This document shows, piece after piece, positions 1 through 13,439 of a stretch of 64,000 nucleotides of DNA (the stretch's first letter is position 1; each line of letters begins with the position of its first letter). Both the position numbers and the translations under genes were made by a program. This DNA is from Eledone cirrhosa (Eukaryota), in the NCBI GenBank assembly GCA_964016885.1, contig OZ024741.1, forward strand, positions 261,764,001-261,828,000, given 5' to 3'. The notes under the pieces were generated by a model. That model worked only from the letters and a program-made list of their open reading frames with translations. It ran no database searches and was not told the origin of the DNA.

Positions 1-57
1 TTATGTATTTGCTAGCATTAGTGTACATCTGTACGCATATGTTGGTAGATATACTAA

Positions 58-104
<47 letters not shown>

Positions 105-164
105 TTATGAAGAAAGTTTTCGAAATCTTAATTTTCTCAAGGTTTTCTTTTGATCACAATATAC

Positions 165-262
165 CTTTCCATTCTCCTCAATGTTGGTTAACATCACAAT
201 AGTATTACATTTTAACTGCCAGACCATCCTCCAAAAATCTTGTACTATATGTTGTGTAGGAC
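165..262 (-). CDS. Receptor-type PTP, catalytic-domain exon (G)PTQHIVQDFWRMVWQLKCNTIVMLTNIEENGK
   Basis: Manual translation. Contains the classical PTP motifs DFWRMVW and IVMLT. Acceptor TTTTAACAG, donor GTATAT; 98 nt, phase 1-0. The gene continues left of the window. Confidence 0.95.
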
Positions 263-1303
263 CTGTTAAAATAAAATAAAAACTAGAAGTTCGATATTAT
301 GTATACTAAGGCCATTCTAGATAATTGTCAGGATTTAAAGTGACTTTGAATTATTTGGACTAACCATGTTCGAACTTCTAATTCACATTACCCTCAATCA
401 CTAACCTCTATCACTTCAAACATGAGATATATGAATTGCTTATGTTGTTGCTTTACAAGCTAGTTGAAGAGGGAGGAGCAGTGTCCACAGACTGTTATAT
501 ATTCATGGCTGCTTTGGTAAGGGAAAAAGAGAGGAAGATATCCTAAAATCGAAGACCTTTCCCAAAGCTTGCAACAGAAATAGTTACGCTGAAATTTTGA
601 AGGGTTAGGTTGTGTAAAAAACCCCACCAAATTATAGTAAGGAAGGAATCTCTACTTACTAACAAATAATTCCATCAATCCACAGTCCAGGACTGTTACT
701 TTATGTAAGCAAACCCAAAATAGAGAAAAGGTAAAAGTAACTTTAACGTGATTTGGACTTGGTGTACATAGAACGAGGAAAATACCACAAGGTAATTTTT
801 TCCTACGACTCTGCCAATTCGCAGATACATGTCACTAAACAGATAAAAAGAGCCATTGAAAAATAGAGAACTATATTCCACAATTTGTCTGAACTTGAGG
901 TTAGGTATTTAAAGGAAAGAATATGGCTTTATATTGATGGTACTCTCTAACATAAACACTTAGTATATCTAACACTTAAATACAAGTTGTTGATAGGCGG
1001 TACACTTGAAATGATTGTACATAAGTTAGGTTCACCAATATGCTTAGATTTCTAAACATCAGTAACTGAAATTCATAAGTAAAACTTAATTCCAACTGGT
1101 CTTACAATGTGAATTAACGACACAGTTCTGATTTTTAGAATTTCCATTTTAATTGTCCCTCTAATAATCATGGTAAATATGTAAAAGAAGTAAAAATAAA
1201 AATGGGTAAACATAGTGTCATTAATTGAAAACACTCAAGGAGTTAGTGTTAGCCATAAACTTTCAAGAAAGTCTATTATTCTTGTATGATTAATACTACA
1301 TAC

Positions 1304-1328
1304 CTTGACAAGCTACATAACGATTATT
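1304..1328 (-). CDS. Receptor-type PTP, 25-nt exon NNRYVACQ(G)
   Basis: Variant of the YIATQG motif. Acceptor CTCTATTTCAG, donor GTATGT; phase 0-1 joins both neighbouring exons in frame. Confidence 0.9.
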
Positions 1329-1695
1329 CTGAAATAGAGAAAAATAAATTGATTAGTAAAATTGTTTATTTATCAGATATGAATGAATGAAAAACATTAT
1401 AAGATTCAATGCCAATATGTCACGTTGCTCCTTCTGCCAGGAGTTGCGACCAGTAGATAGTATCAGCAATGGATAAACCAATGGAAACATTGTTTCCTTG
1501 GTCTGATTTCATAAGGTCCACTCCACTCGGCAGGCGAATGAGGTCCAGGATCTTGTTGATCGATCAGAGTGAGAACTGAAAGATTTTACTTACAATGAAA
1601 TACAGACAATTATATATATATAAGACAGCAAACATTACAATAATAGTTTATGGAAGTTAAACTCAATTCTAACAATCATTATCTCTGACAATCAG

Positions 1696-1886
1696 GGCGG
1701 TGGATTGGCAGTATCGGTAGAGAGTCGGACACCATGCTTTGAAGCATAGAGTTACGTCCCTTTATGATCTGAGTTCAAATACCGCCGAGGTTAACTTTGC
1801 CTTTCATCCTTATGGGGTCGATAAAATAAACTACCAGTAATGTACTGGGTAATTGCTGGTCTTGTGCCTAAAATAGAAACAATTAT
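1696..1886 (+). mobile_element. tRNA-derived SINE (dominant family in the window)
   Basis: A-box-like TGGCAGTATCGG, B-box GAGTTCAAAT, conserved GCCTTTCATCCTTAYGGGGTCGATAAAATAAA core. Flanked by a TTATCTCTGACAATCA duplication. A partial copy lies at ~1968-2094. Confidence 0.85.
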
Positions 1887-2318
1887 CTCTGACAATCATT
1901 ATCTCTGTTAATAACAATCATTATCTCTGTTAATTACCTTTTTGTACACCATCAAAGAGTTATGGCACTTTATGGTCTGAGTTCAAATCCCGCCGAGGTT
2001 ACCTTTGTCTTTCAGCCTTACGGGGTCGATAAAATAAAGTACCAGTAATGCACTGGGATAATTGCGGGAATTGTGCCAAAACTAGAAACAATTATAATAA
2101 TATGATATATTACTCATGATTAGCTATATGATTAAGAAGTTTGTTTTGGGAATGTGGTTCTGGGTTTGATCCTACTAAATATAATCAGAAGTAAGTGTCT
2201 TTTACTCTAGCCTCTAGTTTAACAATGCTTTGAAGGAAGCTGTTAAGCTGGTCATATAAATAGAGTAAAATCAGTAAAGTTGATGAAGACTAGTATTGAA
2301 AAATATATTTAGACATAC

Positions 2319-2392
2319 ATTGATGTAGTTTGCATTGATGTAATCTGAGGAAGATATCTCATCAGCTAGAAGTTTCACACGGGAATGGTCAT
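2319..2392 (-). CDS. Receptor-type PTP exon (Y)DHSRVKLLADEISSSDYINANYIN
   Basis: PTP motifs DxxRVxL and DYINA. Acceptor TTATTTCAG, donor GTATGT; 74 nt, phase 1-0. Confidence 0.95.
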
Positions 2393-2451
2393 CTGAAATA
2401 ATCAAAGTAGACAACAAATGAATTTCTGCTTGTATAACTATATAGCTGATA

Positions 2452-3472
2452 TCTGTATATATATAACATTAAGAATGTGTGTGTGTGTGTGTGTCTGTGT
2501 GTCTGTGTATTACCTATAGGGGCCTACATCTTACGACCGATTTTCATGAAACTTTACAGGCTCATAGATTAGTCATCGGGGAATGTTTTCTATATATCAG
2601 CGTATCGTTTTTTTTATTCCGAGGTCATTCTGCAGATAAAAATCGATAGGGGGGGTCACCTTTTTTTTAGATGTCGAAAAATAAGATTTTTGGCTCTACC
2701 TCCCACATTTTGCCACCGATTTCGATCAAATTTTAAAGCAAAATAGAATTTATCATTGCACATCCTGTAATTGCGTTATATTTTGCATTTCTTGGGACGG
2801 CATGGTAGCCGCATAAATATTCAAAAATACCACTTTTAGACTCAAATTTCCACTTTTTCGGCTCTAGCTCCTACATTAATCAACCTACTTTGTTCAAATT
2901 TTACACTATGCTAGATCTGATTATTTCACATTTTAACGTGTCTTTACATTTTGGATTTTTTGTTCAGGAACGGCGTGGCAACCGCTTAAATATTCGAAAA
3001 TACCACCTCTTCGCTAAAATTTCCGCCTTTTCGGCTCTAGCTCCCACATTTTTCAACCAATTTTGTTCAAATTCGAAACTTCGGCTCCACCTCACACATA
3101 AATCAATTTATTTGGTTCAACTTTTATACTACCATAAAACCTATCATTGCACATCTTATAGATGGTCAAAGGCAAAACGATGGCCACTGACGTCGTCTGA
3201 GCTTTTAGTTGTGTATTTGAGAATTTATCGGTTTCCAATCAAGTAGCGTGAGGAAATTTGGCTTAGTGTTAGAGGTCATTACATCACTCCCCCAGTATGC
3301 CCCTTCGTCAGTCACCCGCGTTTCTCAGTGATAGAGGTCATCACCACCCTCCCCCGCATGGCCTGTGTGTGGCCATATATGAGTCATCGGGAAGCAGTCG
3401 CTAAGATCAACACCTTTTCATCAAAGCAGATATTATTTTACCTACCCAGGCAACGCTGGGTACTGCTGCTAG
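2452..3472 (+). mobile_element. Non-autonomous Helitron-like element
   Basis: A|TC start, (TG)n near the 5' end, 3' hairpin TACCCAG-GCAACG-CTGGGTA then CTAG|T; no TSD. Confidence 0.75.
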
Positions 3473-3479
3473 TAATTGA

Positions 3480-3970
3480 TAAAACTATATTACTAATGTA
3501 TTTATATAACCGATATATTTCTATATGTGACATATCTATATAACTGATATGATGGATATTACTATATAATTGATATAGTTGAAATAACTGATATAACTGA
3601 ATAACTGATTTAACTGATATTTACATAACTGAAAGAACTATAAAACTGATAAAACTATATTACTGAGATAACAGACATAACTATTTAGCTGAGAGGAGTT
3701 ATAACTGAGATAACAGGTATAACTATTTACCTGATATAACAGAACAAACTGTAAAACTGATATAAGAATAAAACTGATAAAACTATATAATTGATATAGC
3801 TGATTTAATTTAATAACACAGAAAAATGTATGACATAACTATATAGCTTTAAAGTTGATATAAATATATAATTGATATAACAATGTAACTAATATATCAA
3901 TATAAGTAGTATAACTGTATAACTAATAAAACAGATTTAACTGATATAACTGTGTTATTGGTATAAAATT
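3480..3970. repeat. Degenerate ~9-10-bp minisatellite (AACTGATAT-like)
   Basis: Repeated aactgatat/aactatat units. Confidence 0.6.
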
Positions 3971-4804
3971 ATTCAACTCGTAATTATGTATAATAAACAT
4001 ATATTTAGTCAGTCTGTTAGTCATATTATTAATGTCTGAAAAATGAGAGTCAAAGATTATATAATAATTTGAACTTTCTGAAATTAACTGCTTTACTTAG
4101 GCACAGATTTGTAGCATTAAACAAGATCTTTTACTGCAACATTACCGTGTTTTTTGGTGTATAAGATTTTAAAAATCATAATGTTTAAAACAAAGAGAAT
4201 CGAAGAATTTTCTTTTAAATAATTGGAAATGATTTACAGCATGTGATTTTGGTTATTTTATTTAATTTATAAGCTAAGAGTTCATTTTAGGCAACGTTTT
4301 AACCCAATTTGTTAACTTATTAATATTTTGTGATTTTTAAGGAAGTAATCTGACAATTATTACAGTATCATACAAAGTTTAATCATACAAAGTTTAATTT
4401 ATTTTAATATTTAATTAATACCAATATTGATAATGTTATTCTAAATCTATAACTATTTATATTAATACCTAATTTTCAAAAAAAGAATATATATACATAT
4501 TTATATCATCATCATCATTTTATGTTCGCTTTTCCCTGCTTGTGTTTATACATGTGTGTATACATATTTGTATATAGCTATGCCTGAAGCTAAATCCTAT
4601 TTCTATTATATATATATAGTTGTTATATAGTAAGGTGCATTATTGGTTGTGTAAATTGGTCCAATAAATTTATGTTAGCAATATTAAGTTCTCCACGCTT
4701 TTGTATATCTCCAATTCCATTCAAGGGAACAGTTAGATGATATAAAACGGAGTGTAAGTAGCAAAATGAAAATCCGAAGGCAAGGTAAAATTCCAATCAT
4801 TTAA

Positions 4805-4876
4805 TCACGACATGTTTCAATAAGAGATAGATCGATTGTGAAGCCGTGATCGATTATCACTGATCTCATCAGGTGA
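4805..4876 (-). ncRNA. Hammerhead-like motif in left arm of long inverted repeat (partner 7176-7241, + strand)
   Basis: TCAC-CTGATGA-G...TT-GAAA-CATG-TC-GTGA. Palindromic stem III; the base of stem II is poorly paired. The partner copy has an extra TC after the cleavage site. Confidence 0.55.
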
Positions 4877-6797
4877 AAATGAATTGTCTTCAAATTCTTG
4901 ATATGAGGGAGAAAATTATCGATGTTCTCTCACAGAATTCATTCCCTCATATGAAGACACACCAGTCAGAGACACCGCGACTGCTATTAACTTCAGTTCA
5001 GGTCATAAAAGTTGTCAGATTTCTATCGCTGCAAAAGACGCTGGACATCAATCAAATCTGTAGGGATATAGATAATGTGAATGGGTACACACACACTCCA
5101 CACCCACATACACCGGCTCGAGGTCCAAGAAAAAATATATACATATATATACACACATCAACACAATTTTAAACCTGTAGAATTATAAAAGGTCACAGTT
5201 AGTGTGGTGGGTACACACACCGAAGTGATGTCAGAGAAAAAAACAAATATAAGAAGGTACCAACACAGCATTCACCGAAAGTTAGTTCACAAAACAACAG
5301 ATGCTACATTGGTCAAATCTCAATTTGACGATGTAAATTGGAAATATTGGGTTAAACAACGCCCCATACACACACACACACACACACATTCACACACACA
5401 CACAAGAAGGTAAGTTCAGTTTAGTGTTCTGCTATACGTGTATAGATTGAATTGTAACATCCATATCTTCAAGTGTATGTTATGGTATATACACATCCGA
5501 ATCGTCCCAAAAAGGCTATGTCTGGGTATATACACATCCATGTGAAGAGCAAGCAATCAGCTCATATTGAACTCAGTATGTACCGCTGTCCCATTCAGAA
5601 TCCGAGTCACCAAATCCGTGCGCGCAAGCAACCGCAATGTAGGCCACTTTTGTAGAATACCTAGCTAGTAAATAGTTAGATTGATTACACACTTAGAATA
5701 CCTAGTTACTAATTGATTGCACACTTAGGCATGACCGATTACGCGCACCTACCTTTACTTTAAGATACCCTAATCATTGAGTTCTCCCAGTTGGTAGCTA
5801 GTCGTATTACACACTTAGTTAGTACCGATTACGCTCTCTATACATAACTCTGCACACAGTACCCGTTCCCTTTAGACATTGAGCTCCCACAATTACGCCT
5901 GTCACGTTCCTACCGACTGAACACTATACTAGGTTTTGATCCGTCTTTATCTAACCATGGAGGACTCACTGTTACGGATTGAACAATAATACTTACACAC
6001 CATTAATGGGCCTACACACATCCTCTGGATTTTACTATCCTGTGTTTTTTTACTTCACCTTCTGTGTTGGATAACACACCTCCACCACTCAAACAACTAT
6101 TTTAAAAGTTCATTGGCCCATATGACGGGAAATCAAACTTACTGACGAATTTACCCAATACCAACCCTACACGGAGCCCCTTGCTGGCCTACATTGCGGT
6201 TGCTTGCACACACAGATTTGGTGACTCGGATTCTTAATGGGACAGCGGTACATACTGAGTTCGATATGAGCTGATTGCTTGCTCTTCACATGGATGTATA
6301 TATACCCGCACATACCCTTTTTTGGACGATTCGGATGTGTATATACCAAAACATACACTTGAAGATATGGATGTTACAATTCAATCTATACACGTATAGC
6401 AGAACACTAAACTGAACTTACCTTCTTGTGTGTGTGTGTGTATGTGTGTGTGTGTGTGTGTGTGTATGGGGCGTTGGTTAACCCAATATTTCCAATTTAC
6501 ATCGTCAAATTGAGATTTGACCAATGTAGCATCTGTTGTTTTGTGAACTAACTTTCGGTGAATGCTGTGTTGGTACATTCTTATATTTGTTTTCTTATAT
6601 TTGTTTTTTTCTCTGACATCACTTCGGTGTGTGTGAGAGTGTGTGTATACCCACCCACACTAACTGTGACCTTTTATAATTCTACAGGTTTGATACTGTG
6701 TTGATGTGTGTATATATATGTATTTTTTTTTTTCTTGGACCTCGAGCCGGTGTATGTGGGTGTGGAGTGTGTGTGTACCCACTCACATTATCTATAT

Positions 6798-6979
6798 GGA
6801 TTGGCAGTATTGGTAGAGGGTTGGACGCCATGCTTTCCAGCATAGTTACGTCCCTTTATGATCTGAGTTCAAATCCCGCCGAGGTTGACTTTGCCTTTCA
6901 TCCTTACGGGGTCGATAAAATAAAGTACCAGTAATGCACTGGGTAATTGCTGGCCTTGTGCCTAAAGTAGAAACAATTA
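6798..6979 (+). mobile_element. tRNA-SINE inserted in right arm of the inverted repeat
   Basis: Same family; absent from the left arm. Confidence 0.85.
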
Positions 6980-7282
6980 TCTATATCCCTACATATTTGA
7001 TTGATGTCCAGCGTCTTTTGCAGCGATAGAAATCTGACAACTTTTATGACCTCAACTGAAGTTAATAGCAGTCGCCATGTCTCTGACTGGTGTGTCTTCA
7101 TATGAGGGAATGAATTCTGTGAGAGAACATCGATATTTTTCTCCCTCATATTAAGAATTTGAAGACAATTCATTTTCACCTGATGAGATCAGTGATAATC
7201 GATCACAATCGATCTATCTCTTATTGAAACATGTCTCGTGATTAAATGATTGGAATTTTACCTTGCCTTCGGATTTTCATTT

Positions 7283-7391
<109 letters not shown>

Positions 7392-8469
7392 AATAATGGA
7401 GCTGCGGCGTTGCAAATGGGTTACATATGAAAAAGTAAGTCCTTCATCAGTGGCCCTCCAACTGTCCTAGGCATTTCATCTATATATATATATATTTATA
7501 ATTGTATAGGAACTAACTTATTGTGAGTGAAGATTTTCTTTTATTTCAATGTTTGAGTCTTGTATTTGGATTTTTGATATTTGGTGAAATTTTTATATAA
7601 AAAACGTCTTTTAAATATCCGACAAATTTCCCCTAAATGATTTTTTCATCTAAAAAAATGGTCTATCAAATCCACTGAAACAACCAAAATATTATTTATT
7701 TTAATAGTGTTTCTTTATAATTTGTCACTTATTTAAAATAATTTGCTTAGAACCATTACAATTATTATACTTATACAAATATGTCTAACTGTAATATTAT
7801 AGGTATTGTAAATATTTGCAATATTGGGAAACAAGCAACATATTTAAGCAGAGCAGCCCATCGTTGCCCTGACAATTTTCACCATAGAATGCCCCATACT
7901 TCATCTTCCATAACTTATTCCCCGTGAATCGCCAATCATCTCCAAGGTAGTTTCTATGGAAATCTACTCATTGGAGCTGTATGTTCGTGTCAATGGTGTG
8001 AGTGGTTTCATGTAAACCTCGGATGATCTCCGTCAATACAACTCTATGACTCGTAGCTAAAAGAATACCCCCTGCTGATGGCATGGTTTGATGGAATGCC
8101 AGGTTGAAGGAATGAATGACACAATAAAAGCCAGATTACTTACATTATCACAGTAACACTGATTGATAATATTACTGTTTTTATTTTTGTTGTTGTTGTT
8201 TTATTCTTTTCAGAATTAAGAAACTCCATGTATCTAAAAAGATTTTCTTTGAGACACAGATTTGGAAAATAAAATACGTTCTTCTCTAGGGCACACAGTC
8301 TTGGAGGCTTTTGGCGACATACACACATACATATATACAAACATATATACATACACATATACACAGTCAGATATATAGTAGGTTAAACAGGGATATACCC
8401 ATCACTCAATGTGTTTTTAATAGTCTTATACATTTTAGGCTTTATGTGTACAAAGAAATCAATATTTAC

Positions 8470-8557
8470 ATGGCAGTATAGTTTTATAGCGATTCTTTTG
8501 TGTATTTTCAGCTTTATTTGCTTCAGTACAAGGCAGTGGCAAGGTATTTGGTAGTGA
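8470..8557 (-). CDS. Receptor-type PTP exon SLPNTLPLPCTEANKAENTQKNRYKTILP(Y)
   Basis: Contains the KNRY pTyr-recognition loop. Acceptor CTTTACAG, donor GTAAAT; 88 nt, phase 0-1. Confidence 0.95.
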
Positions 8558-8629
8558 CTGTAAAGATATGAGAATGAGAGTCACATAGTTTCAACAATAT
8601 TATACCAACATTACAAATATAGTAAATTA

Positions 8630-9000
8630 AACATAACTAACAACAGTACTAACTATAGTTAATGGGAGTGTACTAATAAGTGATAAAGTACTAACTATAG
8701 TTAGTGATACAGTACTAAGATTATAACCAGTGACAGTACATAAACGAGTTAGTGCCACAGCACTAACAAAAATTAGTGACACATTATTAACCAAAGTTAG
8801 TGATACAGTAGTAGCTATAGTAACATTGTACTAACTATAATTATTAACAGATACTATTGATAGTTAAATACACAGTAAAACGAATAGTTAGTAATACAAT
8901 ATCAACAATAGTATTAGTGACACAATACTAACAATATATTTATTAATACATTAAATGGCACAGTACTAACACTCTAGGTGATGACACAGTAGTAAAATAT
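8630..9000. repeat. Degenerate ~24-bp minisatellite (AGTACTAACTATAGTTAGTGACAC-like)
   Basis: Recurrent agtactaac/ttagtgacac units. Confidence 0.55.
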
Positions 9001-9006
9001 TACTAA

Positions 9007-9597
<591 letters not shown>

Positions 9598-9913
9598 TAA
9601 GACTATTAATCCTCATTAATATTATATTCTCATTTCTATATTAATAATGTATCAAATCTGTCATTTGATATTAACACTTTCATTAGTGATAAATTACTAA
9701 TAGTATATTCTAGAACAGTATATACTAACACACAATACTATAGTAAATATTACATTTGTGAAAATATAGTTAGAAAACAGTTCACTATAGAATTGATTCA
9801 ATAAATTAAATTATCACACTTGTGTCTATATACTGGTGACAGTATTACTTATAAAGACGTTCACTGAGGATACAATAATACAGTAAAAATATTCATTTAA
9901 GAGAACAACTCAC

Positions 9914-10053
9914 CAAGAATTCGTCATGAAAAGGTTCAATTTCCTGTTTTTTCTGACAAACAAACTGCTGTAGGTTTGAGTTAAAATTAGCAATGGCCAG
10001 GTTGACGTATATGCTATCGCCTTCATCCATCTGTGTCTCTTCGTAAAGATGTG
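9914..10053 (-). CDS. Receptor-type PTP juxtamembrane/wedge exon (A)HLYEETQMDEGDSIYVNLAIANFNSNLQQFVCQKKQEIEPFHDEFL
   Basis: Open frame ending in FxxEF, typical just before the KNRY exon. Acceptor TTTAAAG, donor GTGAGT; 140 nt, phase 1-0. Confidence 0.88.
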
Positions 10054-10804
10054 CTTTAAATAATAAGAATAATATATGTCGGCATTATAAAATCAAAACT
10101 GCTGACAAGTGGTATAAGTCTCCCTCTGAGTCTGTAACTGGGGAATAAAATGTGCACATACAGGCCGAACCATCAAGATAAATAAACATCATAGTATTAT
10201 AAAAGAACAAAATAACAAGGCAGTTTATTGATTTATATGAGCATCTAATGTGATCACAATATTGCAGCAAAAGAGTTTAACAACTACAGAAAATATAAAG
10301 ATTTGCACAGTGGCATTGAAAAAAGTGAGGTATGGTAAGGTGGTTACAATATCAGTGGGTGTCGGAGCACTAGAAATGATAAAACAAGGAACAGAAATTT
10401 TGAGAATGATCCTTGGATTACCATTACTGCAGGAAGTACACAAATTGTTTTAACAGACACAGCACATGTATTGAGAAAGGAATTAATGCTGTGAGGATTA
10501 ATATATCCGTCTGAATAATATATTTTTGTAAATAAGCGAGCAGTGTGATATGATTGATTACCTTTCTGTTGTAATTATGATTATAAGCAGATAATGTACA
10601 CCTTTATAAAGAAAATAAAGTAACTGTGTAAAGTATGTGACGTGACCAACCTAAAATGTTTATTTTATATGGTGTATTTCTTTGCCTTAAGTGTTAGGAA
10701 GACACTCGACAGGAAATGGAAACAAAACAGAAGGGAGAGGAAAAACATAAATAATAATAATTGTTTCTACTTTTGGTACAAGGCCAGCAATTACTCAGTG
10801 CATT

Positions 10805-11660
10805 ACAGCTGGAAAATTTCAAGTCTTACAATACCAACCTGCAAACACAAATACAGTACAACACAGTTACACTGGACCAGGAGGGACCGAAATTCCTGTG
10901 TTAAAATCGATACGAGAGCTGGGAATAGACATGAGCGACGATGTTTCTTTTTCCTCACACATCATGGAAGTGGCGACAATGTGCAGACGACTCGCTGGCT
11001 GGATCTTGAGGACTTTCCGGACAAGAGACCGAGAGACCATGTTGACACTATAGAGGACATTTATCCTAAGCCGCCTGGACTATCGCTCTCAGCTGTGGTC
11101 ACCCCATAGTGTCAAACTAACCACGGAGCTTGAGGCAATCCAGCGAAGCTACACCAAGAGGATTGCCACGATGAAGGAGATAAGCTACTGGGAGAGGCTA
11201 AAAGAACTGAACCTCTACTCCTTGGAACGAAGACGGGAGAGATACGCAGTGATCTACATATGGAAAATCCTGGAGGGACTAGCACCAAACTTTGGCATTG
11301 GGAGCTGGATCAACCCCCGAACAGGGCGTCACTATGTGGTGCCAAAGGTCCCGTCGTCCACATCTAGAATAAGGAGCAGATATTGCAATAGCCTGGGGTT
11401 CAAAGACCATAAACTCTTCAACAAGCTGCCGAGGGATATGAGAGGTCTGCATGGTGTGGACGTGGATGTTTTCAAGAAACATCTCGACACCTTGCTATCC
11501 AGGATCCCGGATGAGCTCACAGCACGGCACGAGGGAAACCTAAGGGCAGCAGCAACCAACTCCCTCTTGCACCAGTGGACAACCAATACAGGCTGGAGAT
11601 AAAATGTGTATCAACAATGGCGGTGCCCCAGCAAGGCCTCAGCCAGATGGCTGGAACAGG
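10805..11660 (+). mobile_element. CR1/L2-group LINE, 3' fragment
   Basis: ERLKELNLYSLERRRERYAVIYIWKIL RT C-terminal signature, with frameshifts. Confidence 0.75.
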
Positions 11661-11932
11661 TAAAAGAATAAAAGAATATATAGGATCCACATTAATCACG
11701 ACACCAGTCCTTCCTCCTCGGAATGTTGTTTCCTCTGATGTTGTCTTGGTGGGTATCCTTCTCATTTACAAGGTGTATCTATGTAAATTCGTGATATTTG
11801 GGGAAATCATATAAAAAGAATAAAAGGTAACATAATATAGACTGTAATAAAATATCTATTTGTTTTTTGTAACTAGCATAGATACACGAAAATGAATATA
11901 GAAATTGAAGAGATAGTAAACCATCAAATCAC

Positions 11933-12009
11933 CTCTATCTTCAATATGTCTTCTCTGTGATATTTCCAGTGTATTACCATCACCTTTTGGAGTTGATCGT
12001 CTTTTCTTG
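11933..12009 (-). CDS. Receptor-type PTP juxtamembrane exon (C)KKRRSTPKGDGNTLEISQRRHIEDR
   Basis: Basic stop-transfer KKRR after the TM segment. Acceptor GTTTCAG, donor GTGATT; 77 nt, phase 2-1 fits both neighbours. Confidence 0.82.
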
Positions 12010-13256
12010 CTGAAACATCATGTAAATATTTCATTAACAATTAGTGTGTATAGAAATAACAATATACCATGTTGACTTTATCGCCTACACATGCCACTCT
12101 AAAAATGGCGCCTTCCTTCTGTGCGAGAAGATATACTTTGTATGATTATGTGTTAAAAGGAGGAACTAGTGTGTAGCACAGATACTCTATGATTATCAGA
12201 TTAAGACCAAATTAAACATGGTATATAGTAATATTATAAAGTTACAGTTAGCATAAACATAATTATTGATATTTCTATAGCAACTGCTAATTTCATAATT
12301 AATAATTAAATTTGATATTAACAAAATAATTCACGAGCGAATAAAGAAAACGTCCTAATCTCATGGCCAGCCACAACTATGCCATGCTATATATATCTCA
12401 TTAATAGTATTTGCGAGAGGATGTTCTCGTCAGGCAATCTTATTTCTCCATTTTTACATAATTGAACCATGCACCTAAGTAGAAATCATTATTGTAACCA
12501 ATATTCGTAAGTCTCATAAGGTATTTATTTTCACTCTTCTGAGACAAGTTTGTCTTTCATTATTCCAGAGTCGTTGATAGAATAAATAATAGATTCGATT
12601 TCTCTATATCTATATCATGCCACCAGTTTATATTATGGTGTTAATCCAAGAAACATTTATTATAAGTCATATTGCTTAAGAAATTATATACAGTGCTAGT
12701 GTAAATCAGTAACGGTATTAACAATTGTTTATCTTATATACTTAGATATCTGGATGATATATTTTAGGGTTCTTGATGAAGACTTAATCGCATTAAATTG
12801 TATCATGTTTTTCGTTTTTTAACCGGGTTTGTGTAACACAGTTATTGAGATAATAGCTCTAACATGATTATTAAGTTATCAAGAAGTACGAGGTAATTTT
12901 ATTTACATGTCTTGTAGAGGGACTGAAGAAAGTTCTTCATGAGCGCGTGACCTGATACCAACTCCAGTCAAATTCCCCTGAATCACACTACTGACATGGG
13001 AAAGAAAAGAAAACACATTGGATAACGTAGTCCACAAACAGCATAGTATTGGTCGGTATGCCTTTGATTATAGATTTATTCAGTTATGACTGACATGAGT
13101 GAAAACAACAGAAGGGTGATATTATTAGTAAAAACCAACTCCAGCAAATTATAGAGCTATGAAATCAGAAATTATCTTCAAATGGTTTTGAACTGGGAGT
13201 AAGAAAGACAGGAAAATTCAATGATGTTTTATTTGGCTCCCTAATAATAGTAATAA

Positions 13257-13439
13257 TAATAATTGTTTCTACTTTTGGTACAAGGCCAGCAATTACCCAG
13301 TGCATTACTGGTACTTTATTTTATCGACCCCGTAAGGATGAAAGGCAAAGTTAACCTCGGCGGGATTTGAACTCAGAATAGCAAGGGCCGTAACTCTATG
13401 CGTCAAAGCATGACGTCCGACCCTCTACCGATACTGCCA
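13257..13439 (-). mobile_element. tRNA-SINE
   Basis: Reverse-complement copy of the same family. Other partial copies at ~10758, 13780, 25892, 26042, 26770, 33023, 34333, 35783, 35960, 49116 and 61320. Confidence 0.85.

Noticed and set aside
1696-1800. tRNA genes at SINE heads
   Set aside because: A/B boxes are present but there is no cloverleaf, and each is followed by the SINE core and tail.
5650-5840. Short recurrent GATTACACACTTAG units as a CRISPR-like array
   Set aside because: Eukaryotic context, irregular spacing, degenerate repeats and no cas genes.
7970-8060. Minus-strand frame with ..HRVVL.. resembling PTP motif 2
   Set aside because: No DYINA motif and it hits a stop; the true exon is at 2319-2392.
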